A stretch of 64,000 bases of DNA from Atopobium sp. (GTDB lineage: Bacteria; Actinomycetota; Coriobacteriia; Coriobacteriales; Atopobiaceae): the NCBI GenBank assembly GCA_018363825.1, contig JAGZNE010000001.1, positions 6,620 to 70,619 of the forward strand, read 5' to 3'. Made by a program: the position numbers and the translations under genes. The stretch's first letter is position 1; each line of letters begins with the position of its first letter. The notes beneath the pieces are model-generated. The model saw only the letters and a program-made list of their open reading frames with translations. It made no database searches and was not told where the DNA came from. Below, in pieces: positions 9,950 to 19,295 of this stretch.

Positions 9950-11005
9950 TTACCTGCGGATAAACCTAAAGCCGCGGCCAGAATGGATGTACGGCAAGAA
10001 TGCTTGGTCTTCTTCGCAGATACTTCCTGCAACGTTGTCACGAGCATCAAGCTCCAAAAGACCGCGAGCAATCGAAAGCTCGCCCGCATAACGGCCATAA
10101 GCCTTGCTACTCACCAAGATGGCGCCAGTAGCAACAGTCTCCCAAGTAGAAGGCTTTGCATCGTATACGGGAGCATCTTTCCAGAGTCTGGACTCCTGTG
10201 AACGGATAATGTACGAGCTGGAATCAGGTCGATCGGTCTGCAAGCGATCATACAGATACTCAAAATCAGGTTTTAACTCGGCTTTTAACTCAATACAATT
10301 CCGCTCAAGCTGACCAATACGCTTCCACGTAGCCTCAGTAACATCTGAGTCACCAATGAGTACCACGTCAGAGTTTGCATCATAAAGCGCAAGCATTGCC
10401 TGAATGAGCGCATCACCAGAAAGCCCACGATGTTCCTCGACAGTTGACAGTCCCTCGTAAAGAGGACCGCGGAAAACCTCGCCAGGAACAAACGAGAAAA
10501 TCTGGAATCCAAGCGCAGAAAGATGTGCATTAATCTGCGTGACACGCTCAAGCGAAAGGCCTGTGTAGCTCTTGGGATAGTAATTGTGGCAGGCAGCAAA
10601 GCGAGTGAAGTCGGCACCAGCTGCTCGCCATGCGGAAATGTCGTCCTTAGTGATAGTTGAAGCGTTAAAAACTACGTGGAACTTGCGAGAAAGCTCTACG
10701 GTCTCCGCCGCGTCAAACCCAAAGTCAAGACGCACATACGTAATGCCCAGCTCCGCAAGCTCGTCAAACTTCTGAACGCCAAGTTTGGAAAGAGTAGCAG
10801 GAGAAACATCAGCAATGAGGTTAATCTCCGCCTTCCTGCAAAGCTCCAAAAGCCTACGAGCCTCAGTGCGATAATCAATTCCCTCTTCCTCGGGAATCTG
10901 GAGAGAAGTAAAGGCGTAGTGGCATCCGGCTGCCTGCGCTTTTGCTACAACCTCAGCATTAGCTTCATATCCACTGGCAAAATACAGTGAAATTCCGGTG
11001 CGCAT
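9950..11005 (-). CDS. mupG: DUF871 family protein, MupG-like 6-phospho-N-acetylmuramidase candidate
   Basis: Conserved blocks recalled from DUF871/MupG are present (GISLY, FTSLQIPEE, NASTIT, HNYYP). It lies downstream of murQ and murP. Confidence 0.6.
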   Translation of the reverse strand: MRTGISLYFASGYEANAEVVAKAQAAGCHYAFTSLQIPEEEGIDYRTEARRLLELCRKAEINLIADVSPATLSKLGVQKFDELAELGITYVRLDFGFDAAETVELSRKFHVVFNASTITKDDISAWRAAGADFTRFAACHNYYPKSYTGLSLERVTQINAHLSALGFQIFSFVPGEVFRGPLYEGLSTVEEHRGLSGDALIQAMLALYDANSDVVLIGDSDVTEATWKRIGQLERNCIELKAELKPDFEYLYDRLQTDRPDSSSYIIRSQESRLWKDAPVYDAKPSTWETVATGAILVSSKAYGRYAGELSIARGLLELDARDNVAGSICEEDQAFLPYIHSGRGFRFIRR

Positions 11006-11094
11006 AAATCCTCCAAGTAAATTGCAAACGCTTCTAGAAGACGGGTTTCTCGCCTGGCGAGAAGACCGACGGACGGCCAGCCAGAACGCCGGGC

Positions 11095-11135
11095 GAGAAA
11101 AAATCCCTCTTCCTAGGATACCTAAGAAGAGGGAT
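11095..11135 (-). terminator. Rho-independent terminator after murP (minus strand)
   Basis: Stem atccctcttc / gaagagggat, with a T-tract on the minus strand. Confidence 0.6.
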
Positions 11136-11159
11136 AAACGTTTCTAAAACGTGTGGTTT

Positions 11160-12647
11160 TTACTCGCCGAAAACGTCGTTAATACGATCCTCGTCAACGC
11201 CGAAGAACCAAGTAAGTGCAAATCCTGCAGCGTAAGCAAGAAGCATAGCAAGCAGGTAGAAGACCTGGTTACCAGGCTGGACAATTAGCAGACCAAAGAG
11301 GCCGGAGACGCCCTGGGAAACGGTACCAAGGTGGAAGAGGTAAGCAACGACGGAGCCAACACCGGAGCCAAGGCATGCGGTGATGAATGGCTTACCAAGA
11401 GGCAGGGTAACTGCGTACATAAGAGGCTCGCCAATGCCGAGCATACCAACTGGGATGGACTCGGTGAGGTACTTCTTGACGCGCTTGTTCTTGGTCTTGA
11501 AGAGGATTGCAAGACCAGCACCAACCTGGCCGCCGCCTGCCATCATCAGCAGAGGAAGCAGGTAGTTGATGCCCTGAGTTGGGCCCTCTGGGTTGTTAAG
11601 CATAACGTGGATTGGGGTAAGTGCCTGGTGAAGACCAACGGAAACCAGTGGCAGGAAGGTAGAACCAAGCAGATAAGCACCAAAGACGCCAAGCTTGTCA
11701 TAGAAGAACTGAAGGACAAAGAAGATTGCTTGAGTGAGCCATGCGCCTGCAGGCTGAAGAATCAGGACGGAGCCAATGACACCGATGATGACGGTGCAAA
11801 GTGGAGTCAGGAAGGTGTCAAGAACGCTTGGCATAACCTTGTGCAGGTTCTTCTCCAGGAATGCGAAGAAGATTGCGCAGATGATTGCACCAATCATGCC
11901 GCCTGCTGCTGCGTTGAACAGGTCAGAGGAAGCGACGATAAATGCGCCCTCCTTGAAAGCAACAGTTGGGAGGCTGAATGGAAGGTGAACCAAACGAGTT
12001 GCAACGCCATCAACAGTCTTGGAAGCAAGAAGAGGCATACCAGCGTTAGCAATGGAGAGTGCACCAGCCATAGCACCAAGAACGCGAGAACCACCAAACT
12101 CCTTGGCAGCGTTCTCGCCAGCGAGAATTGGCAGGTAAGCGAAAAGTGCCCAACCCATGGTCCAGATAGCTGCGAACCACCACTCGTTAGCAAAAGCCTT
12201 ACCAGTGGAGAAGTTGATAACGTTGATGATACCGTTAATCAGACCTGCAGAAATGATGCCAGGAAGCAGTGGAACAAAGATGTTAGCAATCTTCTTGAGG
12301 AAGCGCTGAACAGGCTTGTTCTCGTACTTAGCCTTCTGAGCTGCCTTGTTATCCTTAGCTGCGGATACAACGTCGTCCTCAGATGCGTCACCAGCAGCAA
12401 CGCCGGTAAGCTTGGAGAACTCAACAATAACCTTGTTGACAACGCCAGGACCAAGAACAACCTCGAGGTACTCTGCATCCTCGACCAGACCCATGACACC
12501 GTCGATAGCCTTGATGGCCTCGGAGTCAACCTTTGAAGGATCTGCGGTCTTAATGCGGAGCCTGGTCATGCAGACCATGTTGCTCTGAACATTTTCTTTG
12601 CCACCGACGGCAGCAAGAATCTGTTCTGAAAGCTTGGTGTAATCCAT
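11160..12647 (-). CDS. murP: PTS glucose-family EIIBC component, N-acetylmuramic acid-specific (MurP-like)
   Basis: N-terminal EIIB Cys motif (CMTRLR) followed by an EIIC domain. Adjacent to murQ and murR. Start taken at the MDYTKL Met. Confidence 0.8.
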   Translation of the reverse strand: MDYTKLSEQILAAVGGKENVQSNMVCMTRLRIKTADPSKVDSEAIKAIDGVMGLVEDAEYLEVVLGPGVVNKVIVEFSKLTGVAAGDASEDDVVSAAKDNKAAQKAKYENKPVQRFLKKIANIFVPLLPGIISAGLINGIINVINFSTGKAFANEWWFAAIWTMGWALFAYLPILAGENAAKEFGGSRVLGAMAGALSIANAGMPLLASKTVDGVATRLVHLPFSLPTVAFKEGAFIVASSDLFNAAAGGMIGAIICAIFFAFLEKNLHKVMPSVLDTFLTPLCTVIIGVIGSVLILQPAGAWLTQAIFFVLQFFYDKLGVFGAYLLGSTFLPLVSVGLHQALTPIHVMLNNPEGPTQGINYLLPLLMMAGGGQVGAGLAILFKTKNKRVKKYLTESIPVGMLGIGEPLMYAVTLPLGKPFITACLGSGVGSVVAYLFHLGTVSQGVSGLFGLLIVQPGNQVFYLLAMLLAYAAGFALTWFFGVDEDRINDVFGE

Positions 12648-12903
12648 ACTTTCCTTCTTTCTCTCGTTGCGATGTTGCAACAAATACCTATCAAGAATAC
12701 ATAAAAAATGAACTTATCGGTACAACAATCCATACCTGTGGTTCATTGTTTCATGTTTTGACCTAATTTGAGCGCCCTGTTACTGCAGGTAAACTGAGCG
12801 TTTTTCAAAACTTGCCGACCACTTGCGCGTCGTGCTGATACCACTGACCGATGTAACTGAAACAAAATGCTTACGCGTGTGTCATTTGTTACAACTGCGA
12901 TTA

Positions 12904-13746
12904 CTACAGTGCACCTCTGACATGGCCATGGGCTGCCTCAAGCTTAGCTTTTGCCTCTTCAACAGGCATCTGAGTCAGCAGCATAACAATAGCAAGCTTT
13001 GCATTACCATCAGCCTGCTCAAGCGCCTGAGCTGCCTCTTCACGGGTGCAACCAGTTGCTGCCATGGTGATGTTCTGCGCGCGAACTACCAGCTTCTTGT
13101 TGGTCTGCTGCACGTCAACCATAAGGTTCTGATATGCCTTACCCACGCCAACCATAGAACCGGTTGAAATCATGTTCAGAATCATCTTCTGAGCAGTACC
13201 AGACTTAAGGCGTGTGGAACCTGTAAGAACCTCAGGACCACAGGAAGGCTCAATAGCAAGTTCTGCCTCTTTGCCCACCTCAGAGCCCTTATTGCAGGCA
13301 ATAGCAACGGTCTTGCAGCCCAACGAACGAGCATAGCGCAGACCGCCTATAACGTAAGGTGTGCGACCACTAGCTGCAATTCCAATAGCAATGTCGTTCT
13401 TGTTCAGGCCAATCTTCTTGAACTCTTCTTCGCAAAGCTCAAGAGAATCTTCCGCGCCTTCAACTGCACGTACAAAGGCCTTCTCGCCACCGGCGATAAG
13501 ACCAACAACCACGTCTGGAGAAACGCCAAAAGTAGGCGGACACTCAACCGCGTCCAAAACGCCCAGACGGCCTGAGGTTCCAGCGCCAAAATAGACGATT
13601 CTACCGCCAGCCTCAAGCGAGGAAACTGCCCACTCAACTGCCTGTGCTACCTGCGGAAGAACCTCTTTAACGCCAGCTACCACGTTGAGGTCTTCTTGGT
13701 TCATAACGCTAACCAGCTCAAGCGGGGTCATCTGATCCAGGTCCAT
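12904..13746 (-). CDS. murQ: N-acetylmuramic acid 6-phosphate etherase
   Basis: SIS-domain etherase motifs (GAGTSGRLG, C-terminal EEA..AL). The likely start is the internal Met (MDLDQM), since the annotated ORF overlaps the murR 3' end. Confidence 0.85.
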   Translation of the reverse strand: MDLDQMTPLELVSVMNQEDLNVVAGVKEVLPQVAQAVEWAVSSLEAGGRIVYFGAGTSGRLGVLDAVECPPTFGVSPDVVVGLIAGGEKAFVRAVEGAEDSLELCEEEFKKIGLNKNDIAIGIAASGRTPYVIGGLRYARSLGCKTVAIACNKGSEVGKEAELAIEPSCGPEVLTGSTRLKSGTAQKMILNMISTGSMVGVGKAYQNLMVDVQQTNKKLVVRAQNITMAATGCTREEAAQALEQADGNAKLAIVMLLTQMPVEEAKAKLEAAHGHVRGAL

Positions 13747-13819
13747 GGTGTTGGGGTTTCTTGTTTCGGTGACAAGTTTTGTTAAATCAATCACGTTTTC
13801 ACCTTCTGTGTTGTGATTT

Positions 13820-14734
13820 TTACGCAATAACGTCGTTGGCTGTACCAGGCAAATCTTGGTCAGAAGAAAGCGTATTGACACGCTCGGCTGAATCTAACTT
13901 GCCAATATAGTTTGTCGAGAAACGCTTAACGCTCTTCTCGTAATTTCTATTTACATAGGCTGCAAAGAGCGCATCTACAACGTTGAGCTGGGCAATTCTT
14001 GAAGACATGGCGCCACTTCTCATGATGTGCTCAGTCTCTGCAACGCCTAAAACGTAGTCGGAGCGGTGAATGAGCTCTGAGTCAATACCACCGCGGGTAA
14101 TGGCAACCACCTTGGCACCGTTTGCCTTTGCAATCCATGCACACTCAATGGCTTCTCGCGTAAGGCCTGAGTAGCTGACCACAATAGCAAGATCTTCTCG
14201 CCCCATGTTTTTAGCGTAGAGCATCTGAGAGTGGTAATCGTCGCTCAAATTGCAGTTGATGTTGAGGCGCATGAGCTTGAGCTGCAGGTCTCTTGCAACC
14301 AGAAGCGAAGCTCCCATGCCAAAGAGGCAGATGGAATGAGCTTGCATCATGAGTGAAACAACTGAGTCAACAACCTGAGCGTCAAGCAATTGCCTGGTAA
14401 GCTCCAGCGAAGAAATGTTCTTTGCCGTAACTTTTTCGATGATCACATCAGTGGTGTCACCTGCGATAACGCCGCCGACAGCAATATCGTTGCTTTTGTT
14501 GCTTACTGCCAGCTCGTAAATAAGCGCTTGCTGGAACTCTTTATAGCCACCGCAGCCAAGCTTCTTGCAAAGCCTGACAACCGTTGATGCAGATGTATAC
14601 GTTTGAGCTGCTAGTTTATGGATTGATTGACCAACTGCCGCCTCTGGATCCGACAGAATATAGTCGACTATATCGCGTTCAGCTGAACTAGCATTCTTGC
14701 GATACTCTTCCAGACGTAGACGAACACCTCTCAC
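13820..14734 (-). CDS. murR: RpiR/MurR family transcriptional regulator (HTH + SIS domain)
   Basis: N-terminal HTH_6 followed by a SIS domain. It is the first gene of the murR-murQ-murP cluster. Confidence 0.8.
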   Translation of the reverse strand: MRGVRLRLEEYRKNASSAERDIVDYILSDPEAAVGQSIHKLAAQTYTSASTVVRLCKKLGCGGYKEFQQALIYELAVSNKSNDIAVGGVIAGDTTDVIIEKVTAKNISSLELTRQLLDAQVVDSVVSLMMQAHSICLFGMGASLLVARDLQLKLMRLNINCNLSDDYHSQMLYAKNMGREDLAIVVSYSGLTREAIECAWIAKANGAKVVAITRGGIDSELIHRSDYVLGVAETEHIMRSGAMSSRIAQLNVVDALFAAYVNRNYEKSVKRFSTNYIGKLDSAERVNTLSSDQDLPGTANDVIA

Positions 14735-15221
14735 GCAATCACCTCCGGCCGTCCAGTTGACTAAAACGTTTGACTATATTGTTTCACGATGCCATAAAAA
14801 TTTCATCTGTAAAGTAGGCAGTGCCGTAAACGGTAGTATTGCGTGCGCAAGTGCGAGCGCACCCCACGTGCGTTGCATGCGCGACTGCTCATGTTTTCCC
14901 AGCATAATGCGGGGACAATTGACGCAAAATCTAAGCCTTATGTTAGGTACGCTACTATCACTTCATAAAAACTTTTACTACCGAGTAGACATTTGACCAC
15001 GTAAAACCTGATTAAAATATTTCATCTTTGCCTAAAAAATTCAAATTTAGATACCATTGACAGCTTTTTTGATACCACTCGCAGTACGTTAACGTACCCA
15101 TTATTTCATCTTGGACAAACTAGCTGCAATTTTGATGAAACGCACGTCATCATAAGCGCAAATTATCTCAGCCAATTGAGATAGCAGGTGTTTCACCTAA
15201 GGCAAAACCGAAGGAGACGAT

Positions 15222-17218
15222 ATGCGCACCAACGAAGATTTGCACCAAAATCAAAACGCTCACTCTGAGCACTCATCTAACGCAGGCTCCCCTGCTGGAC
15301 AGACCAGAAGGCAATTTCTGAGCAGAAGTGCTCTTGGTCTAGCCGCTCTAGCAGGTCTTGGCCTTACCGCCTGCCAGACAAAGGGTGGCGCAACTGCTGC
15401 TAAGGGAACCGCAAAGAAGGTTGACTCTGTAGACGGAACCTTCCAGTACGAGAAGGTCTTCCCTGTTCTCAACGACAATGAGGCCTTTGACGACTCTCTT
15501 GTTACCAACCAGCTCAACAGCTTTGTTTGCTTTGCTGGTCAGGGCACCGTCTATGTAAAGAGCTCCGAGCCTCAGAGCTTTGCGCTCTTTGTAAACGGTC
15601 ACCAGGTTCCAACCGATAAGCTTGACGGCTCTTCCTGGAACCAGATTGACATCTCTGACGTAACCGTCAACGGCGATAACCGCTTGCAGGTCAGCACTGT
15701 TAAAGAGACTCAGGCAACCTTTGAGGTCAAGATTGGCTACCCAACCCTTATTGACGGCACCAAAGACTACGCCGACAACGACAACTTCAAACTGATTGAC
15801 CAGATCATCAACGCAGAGATTGCCAACGGCTTTACCTCTGCCCAGCTGGTTGTTACCAGGTACGGCAAGATTATCAAGAAGACCAACTACGGAAACGTCA
15901 ATTCTTACAACAAAGACGGCTCTCGCATCAAAGACGGTAAGGCTGTTGACGACAACACCCTCTATGACCTGGCCTCTAACACAAAGATGTATGCCACTAA
16001 CCTGGCAATTGAGAAGCTGGTTACCGACGGTCAGCTGGACGTTTCCAAGAAGGTTCAGGAGTACATTCCAGACTTCAAGGACCAGGAGGGCGATAAGATC
16101 CTGGGTAAGAACGAGCTTACCGTTCGCGAGATTCTTGAGCACCAGGCTGGATTCCCACCAGATCCTCAGTACCACAACCGCAACTACAACCCAGAGAAGC
16201 CTGACGATCACAGCCAAACGCAAACCAGAAGCTGTACTCTCAGAATCGCGACGAGATTCTGCAGAAGATCATCGAGACTCCTCTGCAGTACGTCCCAGGT
16301 ACCAAGACTGCCTATTCCGACGTAGACTACATGCTTCTTGGTTTTATCATCGAGAAGATCACCAATAAGCGCCTTGACCAGTACGTTAAGGAAGCTCTCT
16401 ACGAGCCACTGGGACTCAAGAACGTCACGTTCAACCCACTGGACAACGGCTTCAAGGCTGACGGAATCGCAGCTACCGAGCTTAACGGCAACACCCGCGA
16501 CGGCCTGATTACCTTTGACAACATGCGTACCGACACCATTCAGGGTACGGTCCATGACGAGAAGGCCTACTACGCCATGGGTGGCATCTCTGGTCACGCT
16601 GGTCTATTTGCCAACGCTTCCGACCTGGCTGTCCTTGTCCAGACCGTTATGAACCGTGGTGGTTATGGCAACACCATGCTCTTCAGCGAGGACGTTCACG
16701 ACCAGTTTATCAAGCCAAAGGACACCAGCGTTACCTACGGTTTGGGCTGGAGGCGTAAGGGTCACATTGGCTACCAGTGGGCCTTCTCGCCAATTGCAAA
16801 CGCTGCAACCGTTGGTCACACCGGCTGGACCGGCACGCTTACCGTCATCGACGTCTACAACAACACCAGCTTGGTGCTGCTCACTAACACCAAGAACTCG
16901 CCTGTCATTGACAACAAGGTCAACCCTAACGACTTTGTGGGCAACCACTTCCTGACCGGCGGCTACGGAGTTGTTTCTACGCTGGCATTTGATGGCCTTG
17001 ACGACGCAAACGTCGAGGGCAACAACGCCAAGCTCATGGACATGGTCATTGCCAAGTACAAGCTCATTCAGGCCGAGGCAGATTATCAGACTGACCCCGA
17101 TAAGGCTTCACTGAAGGCATTGCTTGAGGTCTGCGACCAGAGGAAAGACTCCAAGGTTATCAAGGACTTCCAGGCAAGCGATCTGTACAAGACCATCTCG
17201 GAGTTTGTTGGTAAGTAA
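15222..17218 (+). pseudogene. Beta-lactamase-family serine hydrolase (PBP4*/esterase-like) with Tat/lipoprotein signal, split by a single-base frameshift near 16203-16210
   Basis: ORFs 15222..16325 (frame 0) and 16331..17218 (frame 2) are two halves of one protein. Frame 2 reopens at 16205 and reads NANQKLYSQNRDEIL...YSD. The N-terminus has a twin-arginine motif (RRQFLSRS) and lipobox (LTAC). Confidence 0.6.
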
Positions 17219-17323
17219 AGCTCGTGTAAACAAGCTGCGAAGCGGGAATAAACGCAGTACACGAACAAGGTACGATACACATCTTGTCTAGCAACGGCCC
17301 TCTCCTCCGTCTAGACACACCAA

Positions 17324-17360
17324 AGCCCGGATGCTATTGCGCGGCATCCGGGCTCTTTTT
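17324..17360 (+). terminator. Rho-independent terminator after the serine hydrolase gene
   Basis: Stem agcccggatgc / gcatccgggct, followed by TTTTT. Confidence 0.6.
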
Positions 17361-17438
17361 GTGCGCACGTGCGCGCATGCTGGGATTTCGAGTGCGCGGG
17401 TTTCTCGCCAGCTACACGGCAGGCGGGCGCGCCGCGAG

Positions 17439-17555
17439 CCTGAAAAGTGCAAAGAATCTGTATTTGAGCCACCGATTCTTTGTCAAAATCAGGCAAATCC
17501 ACAGTTTCTTTAACGTTTTCAGGCAGAATTTACAGATTCTTTGCAGAAATCAGGC
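17439..17555. repeat. Intergenic repeat family R2, copy a (contains caaagaatc...gattctttg inverted repeat, aaatcagg motifs)
   Basis: Near-identical ~117-bp copies at 46914-47030 (same orientation) and 57178-57293 (reverse complement). Confidence 0.6.
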
Positions 17556-17610
17556 ACGCTTTGCGGTCACGAGCTTGCGGGCGCGTTTGCGCTGGTACGC
17601 TAGGCGCAAC

Positions 17611-18159
17611 TTACAGTGCGGCGAGAAAATCCTCTGCTTGCTGGGCGATTGCCTCGTGAACCTCGGGTTCTGGCTCCCAAGTTCCCTCAGTCCAAGCAGT
17701 AACAGGAAGCGAGAAGCCATTGAACGGCTCAACTGGCTTAGTGCGCAGAGCCAGGAACTGCTGCTTTACCACGGCGAGCGATCCTGCAGTCTTGTTTCGG
17801 CCACCAACACCGCTTGCAGTAACAACCTTGCCAGCAATGGCAGTCTCTGACTTCTTCTCATAATCGGAGGTGAGCGGACGGCTCAGCCAATCCAGGATAT
17901 TCTTAACGGTGCCAGGAATGCTGTAGTTGTACTCCGGAGTAAAGAGCCATACGCCGTCGGCGGCCATAACCGCGTCCCTGACTTTTTGGACACCTTCAGG
18001 AGCTGGGAATTCTTCGTCCTGGTTAAGCAGAGGGACATCCAACACGTCGACGACCTCAATCTCCGCCTTGCCTTCGAGTGCCTTTGCCGCAACCTGACTC
18101 AGCGTCTTATTAAACGAGTTCTTTCGGCCAGAACCGATGATAAATACAATTTTCTTCAT
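17611..18159 (-). CDS. NADPH-dependent FMN reductase family protein
   Basis: Flavodoxin-like fold N-terminus (MKKIVFIIGSGR); RBS ggagagg upstream of ATG 18159. Confidence 0.7.
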   Translation of the reverse strand: MKKIVFIIGSGRKNSFNKTLSQVAAKALEGKAEIEVVDVLDVPLLNQDEEFPAPEGVQKVRDAVMAADGVWLFTPEYNYSIPGTVKNILDWLSRPLTSDYEKKSETAIAGKVVTASGVGGRNKTAGSLAVVKQQFLALRTKPVEPFNGFSLPVTAWTEGTWEPEPEVHEAIAQQAEDFLAAL

Positions 18160-18258
18160 AAGCAGACCTCTCCGCGAATGCTGTGTAAATAAAATCATGC
18201 ACGAGCAAATCTGCCCGTACATGATTTGTGTACCCAAACGTTAGCTCTGTAGTCGTAT

Positions 18259-18816
18259 TTAACAGAAATCCGAGAAATTCGCACAGCTCTCAAGCGCTTT
18301 TACCACCTGCTCAAGACCGGTGAGATCTTCCTGGGTGAACCTTGCCACGCTCGGGCTATCAATATCCAGTACGCCAACTACCTGGTTATCCTTGACGATA
18401 GGAACGACCACCTCAGAGTTTGATGCAGAATCGCATGCAATATGTCCCGGGAACTGATGCACGTCCTCTACCAGCTGACTTGTCTTTGTTTCCGCAGCCG
18501 TGCCACACACTCCCCGACCAAAGGGAATACGCACGCAAGCAACTTTGCCCTGGAACGGCCCCAGGCGCAGCTCAGGAGTGCGCAGCTCGTGGGCACTTGG
18601 GTCCGCGCTCGGGGCCGCATCCGACTCCACGCCCAAACCCGCGCCCAGCTCCGCTCCCGACACCGTAACAGGATCTACCAGGTAGAACCCCACCCAATTG
18701 ACGTCGTCAAGCGCGTCCCACAGAAGAGCTGCAGCGTTGGACAACACCGGCAGCCAGTGAGCGTCAACCTCGGCAAGCGAGACAATCTGTTTTGCAAGTA
18801 AACCGTAGTCAGTCAT
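18259..18816 (-). CDS. GAF domain protein (free methionine-R-sulfoxide reductase / YebR-like)
   Basis: GAF-domain core and C-terminus, with a ~35-aa Gly/Ala-rich insertion. Confidence 0.6.
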   Translation of the reverse strand: MTDYGLLAKQIVSLAEVDAHWLPVLSNAAALLWDALDDVNWVGFYLVDPVTVSGAELGAGLGVESDAAPSADPSAHELRTPELRLGPFQGKVACVRIPFGRGVCGTAAETKTSQLVEDVHQFPGHIACDSASNSEVVVPIVKDNQVVGVLDIDSPSVARFTQEDLTGLEQVVKALESCANFSDFC

Positions 18817-18818
18817 GT

Positions 18819-19187
18819 TTACTTCTCTGGCAGAATCTCAATCCAGCAGCCATCAGGGTCTGCGATAAAGTAGAGACCCATCTTTGGGTTCTCTTTAACA
18901 ATGCAGCCCATCTCCTCGTGAAGCGCGTGGAACGCATCAAAATCGTCAACGCGGAACGCAATGTGAGTGTCTTTTCCGCCGTTGTCGTAAGGCTCCACCC
19001 AACCGCGGTTCCACGTGAGCTCCAGCTCAAAAGGAGACCAGTCGTTTACCAAAAACGTGTTAGTCCAAGAACCGTCCTCTGGTCCCTTAACGCGGTCAAC
19101 GCGAAATCCCAGAGCTTTCTTGTAGAACTCGACGGTTTTCTCGTTATCCAAAACGTGGGTGCAGCGGTGAACAAATCGTGCCTGCAT
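18819..19187 (-). CDS. VOC/glyoxalase family protein
   Basis: 122 aa; N-terminus with the HxxxxV...E pattern typical of a lactoylglutathione lyase fold. Confidence 0.7.
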   Translation of the reverse strand: MQARFVHRCTHVLDNEKTVEFYKKALGFRVDRVKGPEDGSWTNTFLVNDWSPFELELTWNRGWVEPYDNGGKDTHIAFRVDDFDAFHALHEEMGCIVKENPKMGLYFIADPDGCWIEILPEK

Positions 19188-19295
19188 AAATCCTCCTTTG
19201 ATATCGAGAAACCCCGCTACTAGACGGGGTTTCTCGCCATATGAACTACGTGCTGGTAGATGGACTGCCAGCGGAAATCGTGCTCGGTTACACGC

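Noticed and set aside
11331-12536. 401-aa ORF on the plus strand
   Set aside because: It lies entirely antisense to the murP EIIBC gene and has a Cys/low-complexity-rich translation with no motifs. It is a shadow ORF of a high-GC gene.
15348-16223. 291-aa minus-strand ORF
   Set aside because: It is antisense to the serine hydrolase N-terminal half. It is a shadow frame.
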